DNA of 55,286 bases from a virus. Taxonomy: Duplodnaviria > Caudoviricetes. The notes beneath the pieces were generated by a model. That model saw only the letters and a list, made by a program, of their open reading frames with translations. It searched no databases and was not told the DNA's origin. The translations under genes were made by a program, and so were the position numbers. Positions 36,228-46,479 of the stretch are shown here, in pieces. How positions within the stretch are numbered: position 1 is the stretch's first letter; each line of letters starts with the position of its first letter. The stretch covers positions 1-55,286 of the IMG/VR virus record IMGVR_UViG_3300027896_000052, one strand, 5' to 3'.

Positions 36228-36794
36228 TTAGTCGGCGAGGCTGGGGACCGCATTGAGAACGGCGCGCGCGAGGGCCTCTTGGTTCACGGGATCCGCGAGG
36301 AAGGCGGCCCGCTCGTCGTTCGTTATGAATTCGAATTCGATGAGGACTGCGGGCATCGAGGTGTTCCGCAGGACGTAAAAATTCGATTCCTTGTCCGGAT
36401 CTCCATCATCGTAATCGACCCGCGCCGGCGTATCGGGCATGACATGCCGGAGCTCGCCCCAGATCGTTGTGGCGATGTCATCGGCCGCGGTTTGCCCAAT
36501 CGATGTCCAGACCTCGAAACCCAGGGCCTTTGGATTTTCGGCGGCGTTGATGTGAAAGCTCAGGAAGAGATCGGCGCCCCATTTCTCGGCCAGCGCGACG
36601 CGGGCCTCGAGGCTGACGTAGTCGTCGCCTCGGCGGGCGAGGGCGACCGCATATCCGACGGCGATCGCGCGGGCCTCAAAGGCCTTGGAGATGGCGAGGG
36701 TGAGCTCCGATTCTTTCCGCCCGGTGTGGGCGTTGACCGCTCCGGGGTCGCTGCCGCCATGGCCCGGGTCCACAAAGATTTTTTTAATTTTCAT
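36228..36794 (-). CDS. Endolysin, N-acetylmuramoyl-L-alanine amidase (Amidase_3)
   Basis: 'VDPGHGGSDPGA', 'LSFHINA', 'FYVLRNTSMPAVLIE'. Confidence 0.95.
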   Translation of the reverse strand: MKIKKIFVDPGHGGSDPGAVNAHTGRKESELTLAISKAFEARAIAVGYAVALARRGDDYVSLEARVALAEKWGADLFLSFHINAAENPKALGFEVWTSIGQTAADDIATTIWGELRHVMPDTPARVDYDDGDPDKESNFYVLRNTSMPAVLIEFEFITNDERAAFLADPVNQEALARAVLNAVPSLAD

Positions 36795-36822
36795 TCCCTG
36801 CGGCCTCCCTTCCGTCGGCCTA

Positions 36823-36851
36823 AAGATACACGCGTCTTTGAGTACAGTCAA
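36823..36851 (-). promoter_or_regulatory. Promoter of the lysis/late operon
   Basis: TTGACT-17-TATCTT with an AT-rich UP element. Confidence 0.65.
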
Positions 36852-36863
36852 TAAAAATAAATT

Positions 36864-36942
36864 CGGCCCCCTCGCCGTCCTCCCGTTCTGTCGGACAAAA
36901 ATAGGGAAGAAGAAAAAAATCGGGAGGTGAGTCCGGGGGCCG
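36864..36942 (-). terminator. Large hairpin ending the early operon
   Basis: CGGCCCCC/GGGGGCCG and CCTCCCG/CGGGAGG stems followed by a U-rich tract. Confidence 0.5.
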
Positions 36943-36947
36943 TTAAG

Positions 36948-37439
36948 CTAAGGCTTTTCGGGAAAGGGGACTATCTTTTCATCGAGCTCTTTTTCGGCCT
37001 TCGTCCTTAGCCATGCCGGCCAGAGCGTCGGGGAAATCTTGTCCCGGAGTCCGCTGCCGACGATGAGCTCGGCCAGGGCTTCGATGTCTGCTTCCGTGAA
37101 TCCCTTGAAGGCCAAGTCTTCGGCCGTGAGGAACGCGACGTCGATCAACTGCTCGATCTTGGCCGCCGAAATCTTATCGTAGAGCTCCTGGGGGATATCG
37201 ATTTGGACCGGCGCCCCGTCTCCTTGGAGGATGATCGGTGGGGGCGGATCCGCCGGCTCCTGGCCTTCGGTCATCGAAATGCCCGGAGCGATGGCGAGTT
37301 CAAATCCGATCGTTCGCAGCCAGATCTGGAGCGTCGTCTTCTCGAGATCGAAAGTCGGAGAGATCCGGAGTGCTTTGAAAAAGTCCTGCAGTTGGCCGTC
37401 CGTCTGTACGATGATTAGCGGCTTGGGCATGTTCTTCAT
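36948..37439 (-). CDS. Hypothetical protein
   Basis: ATGA coupling, AAGGAAGG RBS. Confidence 0.6.
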   Translation of the reverse strand: MKNMPKPLIIVQTDGQLQDFFKALRISPTFDLEKTTLQIWLRTIGFELAIAPGISMTEGQEPADPPPPIILQGDGAPVQIDIPQELYDKISAAKIEQLIDVAFLTAEDLAFKGFTEADIEALAELIVGSGLRDKISPTLWPAWLRTKAEKELDEKIVPFPEKP

Positions 37440-37699
37440 TTCAGTTTCCTTCCTTTTTCGAGTTTACGCCTCTCGCAGTCTATGGCCGCCACGGCCACGG
37501 CCGCGACTTCGGTGAGCTCCTTGATATATCCGCTTCTGTCGTCTTCAAGAGCGGCCTTTGCGGCCTCTCCGGCTTCCTCCAGGAGGATCGATAACCATTT
37601 GAAAGGCCCGTGGTTTTGCTCCCCCCATTTCGCATCCTGCCTTTTCCGCTCGCGGATGATGGCTTCGATTTCGGATGTGCAGGCTTCGCAGACGATCAC
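37436..37699 (-). CDS. MazG-like nucleotide pyrophosphohydrolase
   Basis: 'ER.RQD.KWGEQNH...ILLEEAGEAAKA...ELTEVAAVAVA'. Confidence 0.8.
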   Translation of the reverse strand: MIVCEACTSEIEAIIRERKRQDAKWGEQNHGPFKWLSILLEEAGEAAKAALEDDRSGYIKELTEVAAVAVAAIDCERRKLEKGRKLK

Positions 37700-37878
37700 G
37701 GTTTCTCCAGCTCTGGAGTCTTGGTATTTTTGATTCGCTCGAGCAGGGCGGTCCCTTCATAATGGGCAAGGCCGACCGCAGCCTCGATCTTGATCCGGAC
37801 GATATCGGATGGCTCCGCTGCCTTCGCAGTCGCCGGGATCCCTGCCAGCGGGAAAATCAAGAATGCTCGTCTTTTCAT
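37696..37878 (-). CDS. 60-aa protein with a twin-arginine-like signal
   Basis: MKRRAFL...AKA; GGAG RBS. Confidence 0.45.
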   Translation of the reverse strand: MKRRAFLIFPLAGIPATAKAAEPSDIVRIKIEAAVGLAHYEGTALLERIKNTKTPELEKP

Positions 37879-38514
37879 GGCTACTCCAGTTGGCAGTTGC
37901 AGTTTGGATGCTTGGGCGGAGCCGTCCAGACGGAAAATATTTTCCCGCATCGCCTGCACTTCTCCGTCACGATCGAAAGCGGCCAATAGCCGTTATACTT
38001 GACCCCCGGGAAATCCGGGTCATCCCGGATTTCCGTGATCCTTTTGTGGAGCCCGATCCTGCAGAGGAATTTTCCTATCTTTTTTAGCATGAGGTCTCCT
38101 GTCCCGCCCTTTTATATCGCCCTTCTCGCTTCTTCGCCGGTCGCATTGCGGAGGCGATAAACATATTTGGCCTTGGTCCTCCAGAATTGACCACAGCGGA
38201 GACATCGGACCCCGCTATAATCGCTGGCCTGATATTTGTAGCCATTAAAGGCTGAAAAATTGCAAAACCGCTGGACGACGACCCATTTAGCCATACGAAG
38301 GCAATGAGGGCCGTGGCACTTACATCCGTTCCCTCCGGCGCTCATGGCTTTTCTCGGTCTCGGTTCCTCCGAAATTCGATATTCAGGATCAAGCCGGCTA
38401 CGGCAAAACTCCCAGCTATAGCCGTGTCTTTTAAAAGCCAATTGATGATCGTGAAGTCCCCGATAAAATAAATCCCGTCTAAGATGAATCGCCAGGTGCT
38501 TCTCCTCATGGTAC

Positions 38515-38865
38515 TCATCCTCCTTTGATTTCGACTTCGATCCCGGCTTGTCGAAGCCCCTTGTAGAGCCTGGAAGCGACGACCTTGGGGAGCATGATCT
38601 GTTCGCGTCCGAAGGTGAAAAGTGCGGCCTCAAAATCCCGGGCCTCCATCGTCACTTTGGGACAGCCCGGCGGATCTGCCTCCCATCGAACGATCGTCCG
38701 GAGCGTCCCTTCATGCCGTCTGGCCTCTTTGATCACGCCGTCCGCATCGATATAAAACTCACCTTCTGTCGGGCAGCAGATTGTGTTCACGATGATCCAC
38801 TTGCCCGCTCCCTTCTCTCTTGCCGGGCCTCCCTTTTCGAGATTGATAATCCCGTTTGTCTTCAT
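38515..38865 (-). CDS. Hypothetical protein
   Basis: ATGA coupling at both ends. Confidence 0.55.
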   Translation of the reverse strand: MKTNGIINLEKGGPAREKGAGKWIIVNTICCPTEGEFYIDADGVIKEARRHEGTLRTIVRWEADPPGCPKVTMEARDFEAALFTFGREQIMLPKVVASRLYKGLRQAGIEVEIKGG

Positions 38866-39392
38866 GTGATCCTCTTGAATTCCAGGACCCATACTCAGGG
38901 GTTTTCCGTCCAGCCATAACCCCGCCCAGCATTGATGGAGTCCCATATTTTCCTAAATTCATAAATAACCGTATCCTGGTGGTGATCTTCCGATCCGCTC
39001 GGATATCCAATAGCTCCTTCAGCCTCAGCGTCTTGATCGCTGATGTCTTGGATGTTCTGGATGCGGACCGCCGTGATTTCGAGCAGGATCCGGCTGGCGG
39101 TCCTGGGCATATGAATCGACGGGCGCCATCTCATGGGTTGGCCGTTCCCGTTCAAAACCAGCGGCAGGGCCTCTCGGTAGACGATCTGCTTTTGACCTCC
39201 CCATTCCCCTTCGGCGAATCCCTCCCTAACCCACAGGCGGTCGCCGGGCTGGCCGTAAGGGCAAGGGGCCGCAATCTTAGGCGTATATTCATCCGGTTCT
39301 GGTCCCCTCCCGACTCGGCGAGTCTGCGTCTTTCGTCCCTCGAGGATCGCCCGGACCATCGGTCCGGAGAAAATAATCGGCCGTTCTTTCAT
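38862..39392 (-). pseudogene. ASCH-like phage protein with an in-frame TGA at a conserved Trp (38895-38897)
   Basis: 'MKERPIIFSGPMVRAILEGRKTQTRR...WRPSIHMPR...ENP*VWVLEF'. Confidence 0.7.
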
Positions 39393-39484
39393 GACGTATT
39401 TTCTTTCCAAATACCGGGCGTCTTTCTTCAGTTTTCCCCGCTGAGTCCGCCGGCGGCCCTGGTTATTGTGGTGCCGGCGGGTCT

Positions 39485-39868
39485 TCATCGGATAGGCTTA
39501 ATTTCCAGAATCTTCTTCGGAATGAACCAGTTTGTTATGGGATTCTGGCGCCAATATTGGGTCTGAGCCAACCAGTCGTTATTCTCGATCGCTTTGGATT
39601 GGATCGCAGCTAATTCAAGCGGAGAAATCGATTTGTTTTCCCTTGCTGAAATGAGCGTAAGCCGGGAAGCCTCGAATCCCGCTATTTTTGCTTTTATATC
39701 TGCCTGTGAGATCGGCAATATAATTAAAACAATTAACAAAATCAGGCCGCTTATAAAAGCCGTAAATCCGAGGCCGCCCATATCATAATTTGCTTTTTCG
39801 CCGATGAAATAGCCCAATATGGAGGCAACACAAATAAAAGCCAGTCCTAAGATGATAATCATCCTCAT
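39485..39868 (-). CDS. AT-rich membrane protein (2 TM)
   Basis: Hydrophobic N-terminal half; visibly lower GC than its flanks. Confidence 0.7.
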   Translation of the reverse strand: MRMIIILGLAFICVASILGYFIGEKANYDMGGLGFTAFISGLILLIVLIILPISQADIKAKIAGFEASRLTLISARENKSISPLELAAIQSKAIENNDWLAQTQYWRQNPITNWFIPKKILEIKPIR

Positions 39869-40446
39869 CCTCCTTCCGGATCTTCATCCCGGCAGTCGCC
39901 GTCCTCGAGCTCGGCCTTGATCTTGTCCAGGGCCCGGTCCAGTCGCCGAGTATCTAGATTCGACTCGATCGGGATCCTGCAGGCGGCTTCGGCCTTCGTC
40001 CGGATCGGGTCATGCGGCCATGGCCCCTCCTCCGGGAAGGTCCGCCTCATGTCTTCCAGGTTCTGCGGGTCGTAGGTGATCTTGCCGCCCGGGGCGGGTG
40101 CGACCGGCTGGGGCCGCGGCTGGAGCCGCTTGATGTGGGCCTGGCAGATCTGCCTCATGATCCCGCTTGGGAGGGCCTGGACGCAGCCGCAGGGCAGGGT
40201 CCGGCTGGTTTGAGGTCTCATGCGTCGACTCTGACTTCGGCCGTGAAGGTTTCCAGCCCCTTGCCGTCGATCGGCTCGACCGTCTCCCACAGGAAGCCGT
40301 ACTTCGCCCCAAGGATCGCCCAGGCCCGGTTCGCGCGTTCCTGGGGGCTTGAGGGGAGGCCGCAGTTCAGGGCTATCATCGGGACCGGCCGGGCCGCCTC
40401 GTAGAGCCGCTCGAGGTCCTCGTTCGAAAGCCGGAATTCCCGCCGC

Positions 40447-40884
40447 TCAGGCATGAGGGAGTTCCGGCTGAGAGGCCGTGATCCCCATCCTGGCCATCTC
40501 CCGCTTGGCGATTTCGATTTGGATCGCCGCAAGTTCGAGGGCATCGACGACGATCTGGCACCAGCTCGCCTTCGTTTCCGGCATCGAAATGGGGGCCAGG
40601 TCAAAGCGATAGCCGCCCTTCGTCTTGCCCTTCCCGTCCGGCTTCGGTTTCCCGTCGACCGCGATGAGGGTCCCGCCGTGAACGGTCGGCTGCGGGTCGT
40701 TCCTCATCATCCTCAGTTGGGGATTGATCTCCGCCAAGACCGATGGGGCGATGCCCTTCGCATCGGCCTCGGCGAGGACGAGCTTCCGGATCGTCTTGTT
40801 CGTCATGAAGACGCCGGCCTTCCGCTTCAAGACCGTGAGGATCAGGCCCTGTGTCATCTTTCCCGTTTCCGTTTTTGCTCCCAT
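40447..40884 (-). CDS. Hypothetical, possibly winged-helix DNA-binding protein
   Basis: AAGGAG RBS; basic, helical. Confidence 0.55.
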   Translation of the reverse strand: MGAKTETGKMTQGLILTVLKRKAGVFMTNKTIRKLVLAEADAKGIAPSVLAEINPQLRMMRNDPQPTVHGGTLIAVDGKPKPDGKGKTKGGYRFDLAPISMPETKASWCQIVVDALELAAIQIEIAKREMARMGITASQPELPHA

Positions 40885-40906
40885 GGTGTGCTCTCCTTAT
40901 CCTTCG

Positions 40907-41380
40907 TTATTTCGGGGCTCGCTCGGCTCCGTAGATCTCGACCGCATAAAGCATCAGGAGATAGGCATCCGCTTCGTCCTCCGAATCGAAGCGACGGCCG
41001 GCCCGCCGCTCGGCTTCCGCCTGCATAGCCGGCTTCTTTGACTTCCCGGTTCCGGTCGCCCATTTCTTGATCGTCATCGTATGGCCCATGGCGTATTCGA
41101 TCCCGCGCTCCGCACAATATTCCTGGACCCGCGTCCCCATCCCAACCAGGACGTCCGTCGCGGGCCCGCCGCGGGCATGCGGCTGCTCATAGACAACGAG
41201 TTCAGGTTTCGTCATGTCGAGCATCTCCCGGAGCCAGGACCCCCAGCGGATGAACCGCATCCCTCGGCTTTCTCCCCGGGGGCTCGGGACTTCGAAGGTT
41301 CCCGACTCCGGCGATCGCCCTTGACCGTGGTGGATTGAGAATCCGGTTTTGAGGCCGAGATCCAGGGCCAGAATCTTCAT
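40907..41380 (-). CDS. RuvC-like Holliday junction resolvase
   Basis: 'ILALDLG', 'VVYE', 'IKKWATG.G...K', 'DEADA'. Confidence 0.85.
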   Translation of the reverse strand: MKILALDLGLKTGFSIHHGQGRSPESGTFEVPSPRGESRGMRFIRWGSWLREMLDMTKPELVVYEQPHARGGPATDVLVGMGTRVQEYCAERGIEYAMGHTMTIKKWATGTGKSKKPAMQAEAERRAGRRFDSEDEADAYLLMLYAVEIYGAERAPK

Positions 41381-41643
41381 CGGGTTGCCTCCGTTCCTTT
41401 ATGGAGCCGCGTCATTGTTTCCACGATGAAGTCCCAGCGATATCCGGCTTTCCACATTTTCGCGGAATCGCAAAAAATCGCCATGGTCTTCGCGTCGAAA
41501 AGTCGGCGGCCCGGGACCCCTCCGATCGGGCTGAACGGTCCGCCTTTTTTCGATAAATAATAAAATCGGTTCCTATCCAGGCCGGAGGCTTCCATAATTT
41601 CCTGGGTCGCATAAAGCCGAGCGTCGGCCTTGACTTCGATCAT
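41377..41643 (-). CDS. MerR-like HTH protein
   Basis: 'LYATQEIMEASGL...YY....G...P..G...RRLF'. Confidence 0.6.
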   Translation of the reverse strand: MIEVKADARLYATQEIMEASGLDRNRFYYLSKKGGPFSPIGGVPGRRLFDAKTMAIFCDSAKMWKAGYRWDFIVETMTRLHKGTEATR

Positions 41644-42010
41644 GGCCTCCTCCAGGTCCTCCGGCCCCACCATCTGCCGGCCAGAAATCCCACGATAAAA
41701 GCTGGCGCTGCGATGATCAAGATCTCGTAGAGGTGAATCCCGCCGATCAGCAAGGGCAGTTTTGTCATTGTCTCCTCATTTTTTTATCCGTACCACTTTC
41801 GTAGGGCCAATTTCCCCTTGACCCGGGTAAACGATTTCTTCATTAAATATCCCCGGATCAGATAGGTCACTTCGCCCGTAAACTGGCCGACGGTCGATGT
41901 ATAGATCTTCACATCCCTGATATCGAGATCCTCAATCGCAGCCAAGATCAGGCGCCGGGCGGACGCCGAGCATTTCTTGAAGTAAATAGTATCGATCATG
42001 CTTCGCGGAC

Positions 42011-42700
42011 CTATCCCTCGAGCAGGCGCCCGAGATTCGTTTTGCGGCGGATCTCTATCTTCATGTTCTGGAGCCGGCTCACGAAATCCCGGACCTTATC
42101 CGCCGTCGGTTCCTTCAGACCACATGCCTTCGAGTCCGCCCCGATCGCCACGAATTCCGGCCCGATCGCGCGGATCCATTCCGCGAGGATAGCGGGATCG
42201 AAATCCATGATGGGCTCGATCGTCACGAAGCGAGGAATCCTTCTGGTCTTCATCGCCATTATCCCCTCATATCTACTGGACGGCTGGGGGGCCTTCCCTT
42301 CTTCGATATCGCGGTTCGTTTCGATCGTCGTCCCGAATAAAACATCTTCAGGGAAAAATCCTAGATACTCCGCGGCCCGCTCCGGATTTTTGCTCTGCAG
42401 GACGTACTTGTTTCCCGGGAATTCGAGAAGATGTTTCAAAATCTTGAGGATGAAATTTTCCGGGACGTCGGCCGCGAAGAGGTCGTTCATGTGCTCGACG
42501 AAAATTGTATTCCCGGTCCCATAATTGACCCGGAATTCATTTTCGAGAAGCCGGACCGGCCCGGTATACTTTTTCGGCCGGCCCCAGCGAGCCTTCCCGA
42601 CATAACAATAGGGGCAGGCATGAGAGCAGGCGCCGCCGAGGTGGGCGTGGGTGTGCGAAACCCAATCATACATGTTCCCGCGCGATGGATTTAAGGGCAT
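42011..42700 (-). CDS. DUF5131 (gp37/gp68) radical-SAM-like protein
   Basis: CSHACPYCY; 'FV..MNDLF', 'SKNPER', 'RFVTIEPI'. Confidence 0.75.
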   Translation of the reverse strand: MPLNPSRGNMYDWVSHTHAHLGGACSHACPYCYVGKARWGRPKKYTGPVRLLENEFRVNYGTGNTIFVEHMNDLFAADVPENFILKILKHLLEFPGNKYVLQSKNPERAAEYLGFFPEDVLFGTTIETNRDIEEGKAPQPSSRYEGIMAMKTRRIPRFVTIEPIMDFDPAILAEWIRAIGPEFVAIGADSKACGLKEPTADKVRDFVSRLQNMKIEIRRKTNLGRLLEG

Positions 42701-43149
42701 TTCGCATCGCCTTCTTTCGTATCTTCTTCGGCTTGCTCATCTAGCGGGGCGACGGATCTGATAAGCGCGCGGAGCTTGCTTATTTTTCCATCCAGATAAT
42801 CCCCGAAAAGAAATTTCTGATCGGGGTTGGGGTTATCCAGCACGATTCCCCGATATTTGGATGCAAGATGGACAATATAATTAAACTGCGCCAGCAGTTC
42901 TTTCTGTTCATCTAGCTGGATCCACCAGGCCGGAATTTTGAATTTATGCCGAGCGAATTCCGCTAGAAATTTCAGGGCCGAGATCTCCTTCAGTTGCTTC
43001 TCAATGATCTCGAGATGGGCCTCCCTTTCTTTCAAGAATCGGCCCTTCAGGCGGTCCATCTTGCCGACGGCGAAGACCGCCGTGATCACGACTCCGACGA
43101 TCGCTCCGATTAGGAGCAGGATCCACCAGGCCGGGTTTTGGGCGATCAT
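42691..43149 (-). CDS. Membrane-anchored hypothetical protein
   Basis: N-terminal TM segment. Confidence 0.55.
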   Translation of the reverse strand: MIAQNPAWWILLLIGAIVGVVITAVFAVGKMDRLKGRFLKEREAHLEIIEKQLKEISALKFLAEFARHKFKIPAWWIQLDEQKELLAQFNYIVHLASKYRGIVLDNPNPDQKFLFGDYLDGKISKLRALIRSVAPLDEQAEEDTKEGDAKCP

Positions 43150-44180
43150 TTCGGGGGATCCTCGGCCGGCGGCAGGGGGAGGGCCTGCGGCGCTTCGGCT
43201 ACCTTGAGGACATCGGCCATGGTAGAGTCCCCGAGCTTCATGAACGTGTCGATGATCTCCGCCTTCTTGAGCCTCCGGAGGCCCTGGGAGAATCCCCCGA
43301 CTTCCTTGGCGAGATCAATCAGGTTCTTCTTCGTTTTGCTCTGGAAGAATTCCCGCCAGATCTCATGGGCCGATTCCGGGGTCCCGGGAGCCGGCTGCTC
43401 GCACAGCCTCTTGACCGAGGCATCGAGGTCCGTATCGGCTTCCAGGTCCTTCGCGGCCTGATCTTCCTTTCCGAGTTTCTTCGCCAGGGCATTGGCCAGG
43501 TGGACGGTCTCGAGCCGTTCCGTAAGGTCATCGATTTCCTCCTGGATCTTCCTGGCACGATCGTAGAGGTGATCGATTTCCTTCTGCGTATTTTTCTCGG
43601 TCAGCTCGAGCTCATTGACGATGATGTCATAGTCCCCGAAGAGGGTCTTCTGGATCGGCTCGTCGACGTCAAGACCGGCCGCGGTCCCGGTCTTAAAAGT
43701 TCCAGGCTCCGGACCGGCCTCTTTTTTCTCCTCCGCCCCCTCGGCCAGCCGCTTTTCCTCCGCCGTCGGCTCCGGCCCGGTCGCGGATCCGCCGCCCCCC
43801 ATCTCTTTCTCCGGCTTCAGGCCCGGATCCGGACCTTCGTCGCCTTCCTCCCGGGCCTTCCGCTCGGCCTCCTCCGCTCCCGCGATTTCGTCCATGAAGT
43901 GCGGCAGCTTCTTTTTCTTCCCGGGAACGACCTTTTTCGCCGAAGGAGTCCGATTTTCTTCCTCCTCCATCTCGAAGGCCTTGGAGACGAGACCAAGTCC
44001 CCTTTGAATCGAGGCGCGCGCTCTCGGCTTCGTCGGATCGAGAGGATCGCCGGCAGGACAGATGCAGCCACGGCGAAATCCCGAGGAGGGCTTCTCCGCC
44101 TTCGGTTTTTTCTCCAGGTCCTCCTCGGCCTTCCTGATTCGACCGATGATCCCGCGGACTTTCTTCGCTTTCTTTGCCAT
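43146..44180 (-). CDS. Charged hypothetical protein with C-terminal HeH-like motif
   Basis: AGGAGG RBS; 'TKKNLIDLAKEVG...LKKAEIID'. Confidence 0.6.
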   Translation of the reverse strand: MAKKAKKVRGIIGRIRKAEEDLEKKPKAEKPSSGFRRGCICPAGDPLDPTKPRARASIQRGLGLVSKAFEMEEEENRTPSAKKVVPGKKKKLPHFMDEIAGAEEAERKAREEGDEGPDPGLKPEKEMGGGGSATGPEPTAEEKRLAEGAEEKKEAGPEPGTFKTGTAAGLDVDEPIQKTLFGDYDIIVNELELTEKNTQKEIDHLYDRARKIQEEIDDLTERLETVHLANALAKKLGKEDQAAKDLEADTDLDASVKRLCEQPAPGTPESAHEIWREFFQSKTKKNLIDLAKEVGGFSQGLRRLKKAEIIDTFMKLGDSTMADVLKVAEAPQALPLPPAEDPPK

Positions 44181-44568
44181 GATATCCTCCTATCCTTTTT
44201 TCAGGGCGGTTACAGATCAGGCTTTAGGGCCTGGCCATTCTGTGCCTTTGGGGAATGCCTTTTTTAACATCTCGGCGAATTCCGGGGGGAGTTTCCTCCG
44301 CCTTTCCGCTCTCCCGATCAAGACCCCCATGATCAAGGCGGCCAGGATGTTCAGGCAGACGCTGATGAAAAGCAGGGCGTTGATCATCATGTCCCCGCTT
44401 GAGCCGAAAGAACGATGATCTCCGATATCGTCGCCGGCTCGCCTTTGCCCTTGGCGATTTCCAGGATCCTGATGTCCTCAATCCCGGTCGTCAGGGAAAG
44501 AATCCGATAGAGATCGGGCCTGGATTTCGCCTTCGCCAAAAGAGCCTTCCGGAGGGCTTCGATTTCCA

Positions 44569-45942
44569 TCACTTGGGCCCCCCGGCGTCCGGATACTTCC
44601 TCCGGATCTCGGCTCCCCAGAGAGTCGTAGCGATCAGGGCGTAGACGTCGAGGCTTTCGGGGAGAATCTGGTCCGGGGCCTCGCCATCGGAGATCTCGCC
44701 GGGCAGGAATTCGATGTGATCCAGCCGGCGCTGGGAATACTGCGGCGTCCCGTACTTCGCCCACCAGGCCGTGATCAGCTTGAGGCGTTCCGCGGGCGTT
44801 GCCTGGCACCTGGGGTATTTCGTGCAGTAGCCCTTCTTGCCTTCGACCCGGACCGTGGCGCCGTCATCGGAATAGCCATAGGCCCGGATGTCGCTCCCGA
44901 AGGCCGGATCGAATTCCTCGACGAGGGCCTGCCAATGGACCTGCATGACGGCGTCCCGGATCCCGAAGATCTTGGAGACATCGGGCGAAAGCCCACCATG
45001 GATCCAATGCCCGGTATTCGGGGCCGCGGAGAACGGCGTCGGGAGGTAGCTGGCCAGATGGAGCTTTTCTCCCAGAGGAATGACGACTCCTCGGACCCAG
45101 GCTTCCATGTTCGGACCCATGGCGTCGTTCGGATACATGAGTTCGTTTCCGATCCCGATCCGATGCCCGCCGGAAGCGGGGAGGAGCTTCATGATCCGGT
45201 CCGCCCATTGGAAGAAATATCCCCTCGCCCGGTCGCTCGAGTCGTAAATGCCGTTCACGCTGTTCACGTTCTTGGCCCAGGGCGAGTTCGCGGCGTCGCA
45301 GTTGTCGAAGAGGTCGAAATGGATCCGGACATGGTAGGGCATCAAGACGTCTCTGAGCCGCTCGATGGCCAGGTCGAAGGCCGGATTCGGAACGTCCAAG
45401 TTGAAGGACGAGGGGTCCCTGGTGTACGGCGCCGTCGTCGTGAGGATGGCCTGATAGGCGGGGTCGTCCCAGCACATCATGATCCGGACGTAATCGATGC
45501 CGGCCAGGGAGATCTTCTGGGCGAAGTTCTCGAGTTGCTTATCCGAATAATGGTGGAGGAGAACGTGGCCCGAAAGCCAGGCGACCGTCATTCGGGGCAT
45601 CCAGTCGGGCTTCGGCGTGTCGGCCGGATAGGTCTTCGCGCAGGTAGTGCATTGAGTCGTCGGCTCCTCCCCGACCTTGAAAGTTCCCATGATCTTCTGC
45701 AGACAGAAGGGGCCTGGGAGTAGACCGCTGACCCGGCAGACCTCGACTTCGACGACCTGGCCGGGATCCGTCTTGTGAAGCTCGCAGAGCGGCGGGTCGA
45801 CCCAGACGTAATACTGGCGGGTGATCTTGGTCGGGCACCAGGGCCGGGCGGCCTGACCGCTATCGGCGCAGACCGTGACCTTGTGCGTCTGGCAGCAGAT
45901 CCCGAGTTTTTCGCAGAGCCATTTCTTCGTGCTGTTTTTCAT
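44569..45942 (-). CDS. Cys-repeat plus TIM-barrel glycoside hydrolase-like protein
   Basis: Two 'VCxxSG...C' repeats; 'GIDYVRI', 'DLFDN', 'GNEL'. Confidence 0.55.
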   Translation of the reverse strand: MKNSTKKWLCEKLGICCQTHKVTVCADSGQAARPWCPTKITRQYYVWVDPPLCELHKTDPGQVVEVEVCRVSGLLPGPFCLQKIMGTFKVGEEPTTQCTTCAKTYPADTPKPDWMPRMTVAWLSGHVLLHHYSDKQLENFAQKISLAGIDYVRIMMCWDDPAYQAILTTTAPYTRDPSSFNLDVPNPAFDLAIERLRDVLMPYHVRIHFDLFDNCDAANSPWAKNVNSVNGIYDSSDRARGYFFQWADRIMKLLPASGGHRIGIGNELMYPNDAMGPNMEAWVRGVVIPLGEKLHLASYLPTPFSAAPNTGHWIHGGLSPDVSKIFGIRDAVMQVHWQALVEEFDPAFGSDIRAYGYSDDGATVRVEGKKGYCTKYPRCQATPAERLKLITAWWAKYGTPQYSQRRLDHIEFLPGEISDGEAPDQILPESLDVYALIATTLWGAEIRRKYPDAGGPK

Positions 45943-46134
45943 GATATTCTCCTTATTTTCCTCGGTCCTCTTTCCCGTCATAAAAAAGGCTGATTCCTAA
46001 TTCTCCTTCGACCCGATGTTTGTACTTTTTGGCGTGAATCTTTGCTATTGCCTGGGCGTTTTTATAACTATATGTTTCCCATCCGCAATCTTGGCACCTC
46101 ATGATCGCGTGAACGACCCCATAGCCGTATTTCA

Positions 46135-46479
46135 TCAAATCTTGGGCTCTTCTTCCGGCTCCGATTGAGGTTCCTGAGCCGCCTCCATCTCTTGGCGATA
46201 CCGCTCCTGGGCTTCCTCCTCCTGGGCTTCTTCTTGCCGGCGGGCTTCGAGCCGCCGCTCCTCGAGTCGCCGTTCCTCCCGGGCTTCGGCTTCCCGCTCC
46301 TCCTCCCTCCTCTCCTCGGCCCGACGGGCTTCGATCTCGGCCTCCCGGAAGCCGTCGAAGTAGTCCCGGTCTCTCTCGCCGAGGCCGGCCATGCTATTCC
46401 GCTCCATGTCGGGCCGGCCCCGCCGCTCGAAGTCCCGGCGGCCTTCCTGGAAATCGGAATCGTATCCGTAGCGGCTCAT
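46135..46479 (-). CDS. E/R-rich hypothetical protein
   Basis: ATGA coupling. Confidence 0.6.
   Translation of the reverse strand: MSRYGYDSDFQEGRRDFERRGRPDMERNSMAGLGERDRDYFDGFREAEIEARRAEERREEEREAEAREERRLEERRLEARRQEEAQEEEAQERYRQEMEAAQEPQSEPEEEPKI

Noticed and set aside
38895-38897. Genome-wide TGA recoding
   Set aside because: Many genes end at TGA in ATGA overlaps and long ORFs are intact under the standard code
42918-43134. 16-nt direct repeat GGATCCACCAGGCCGG within one gene (PAWWI twice)
   Set aside because: Only two copies; most simply a local duplication or mosaic scar
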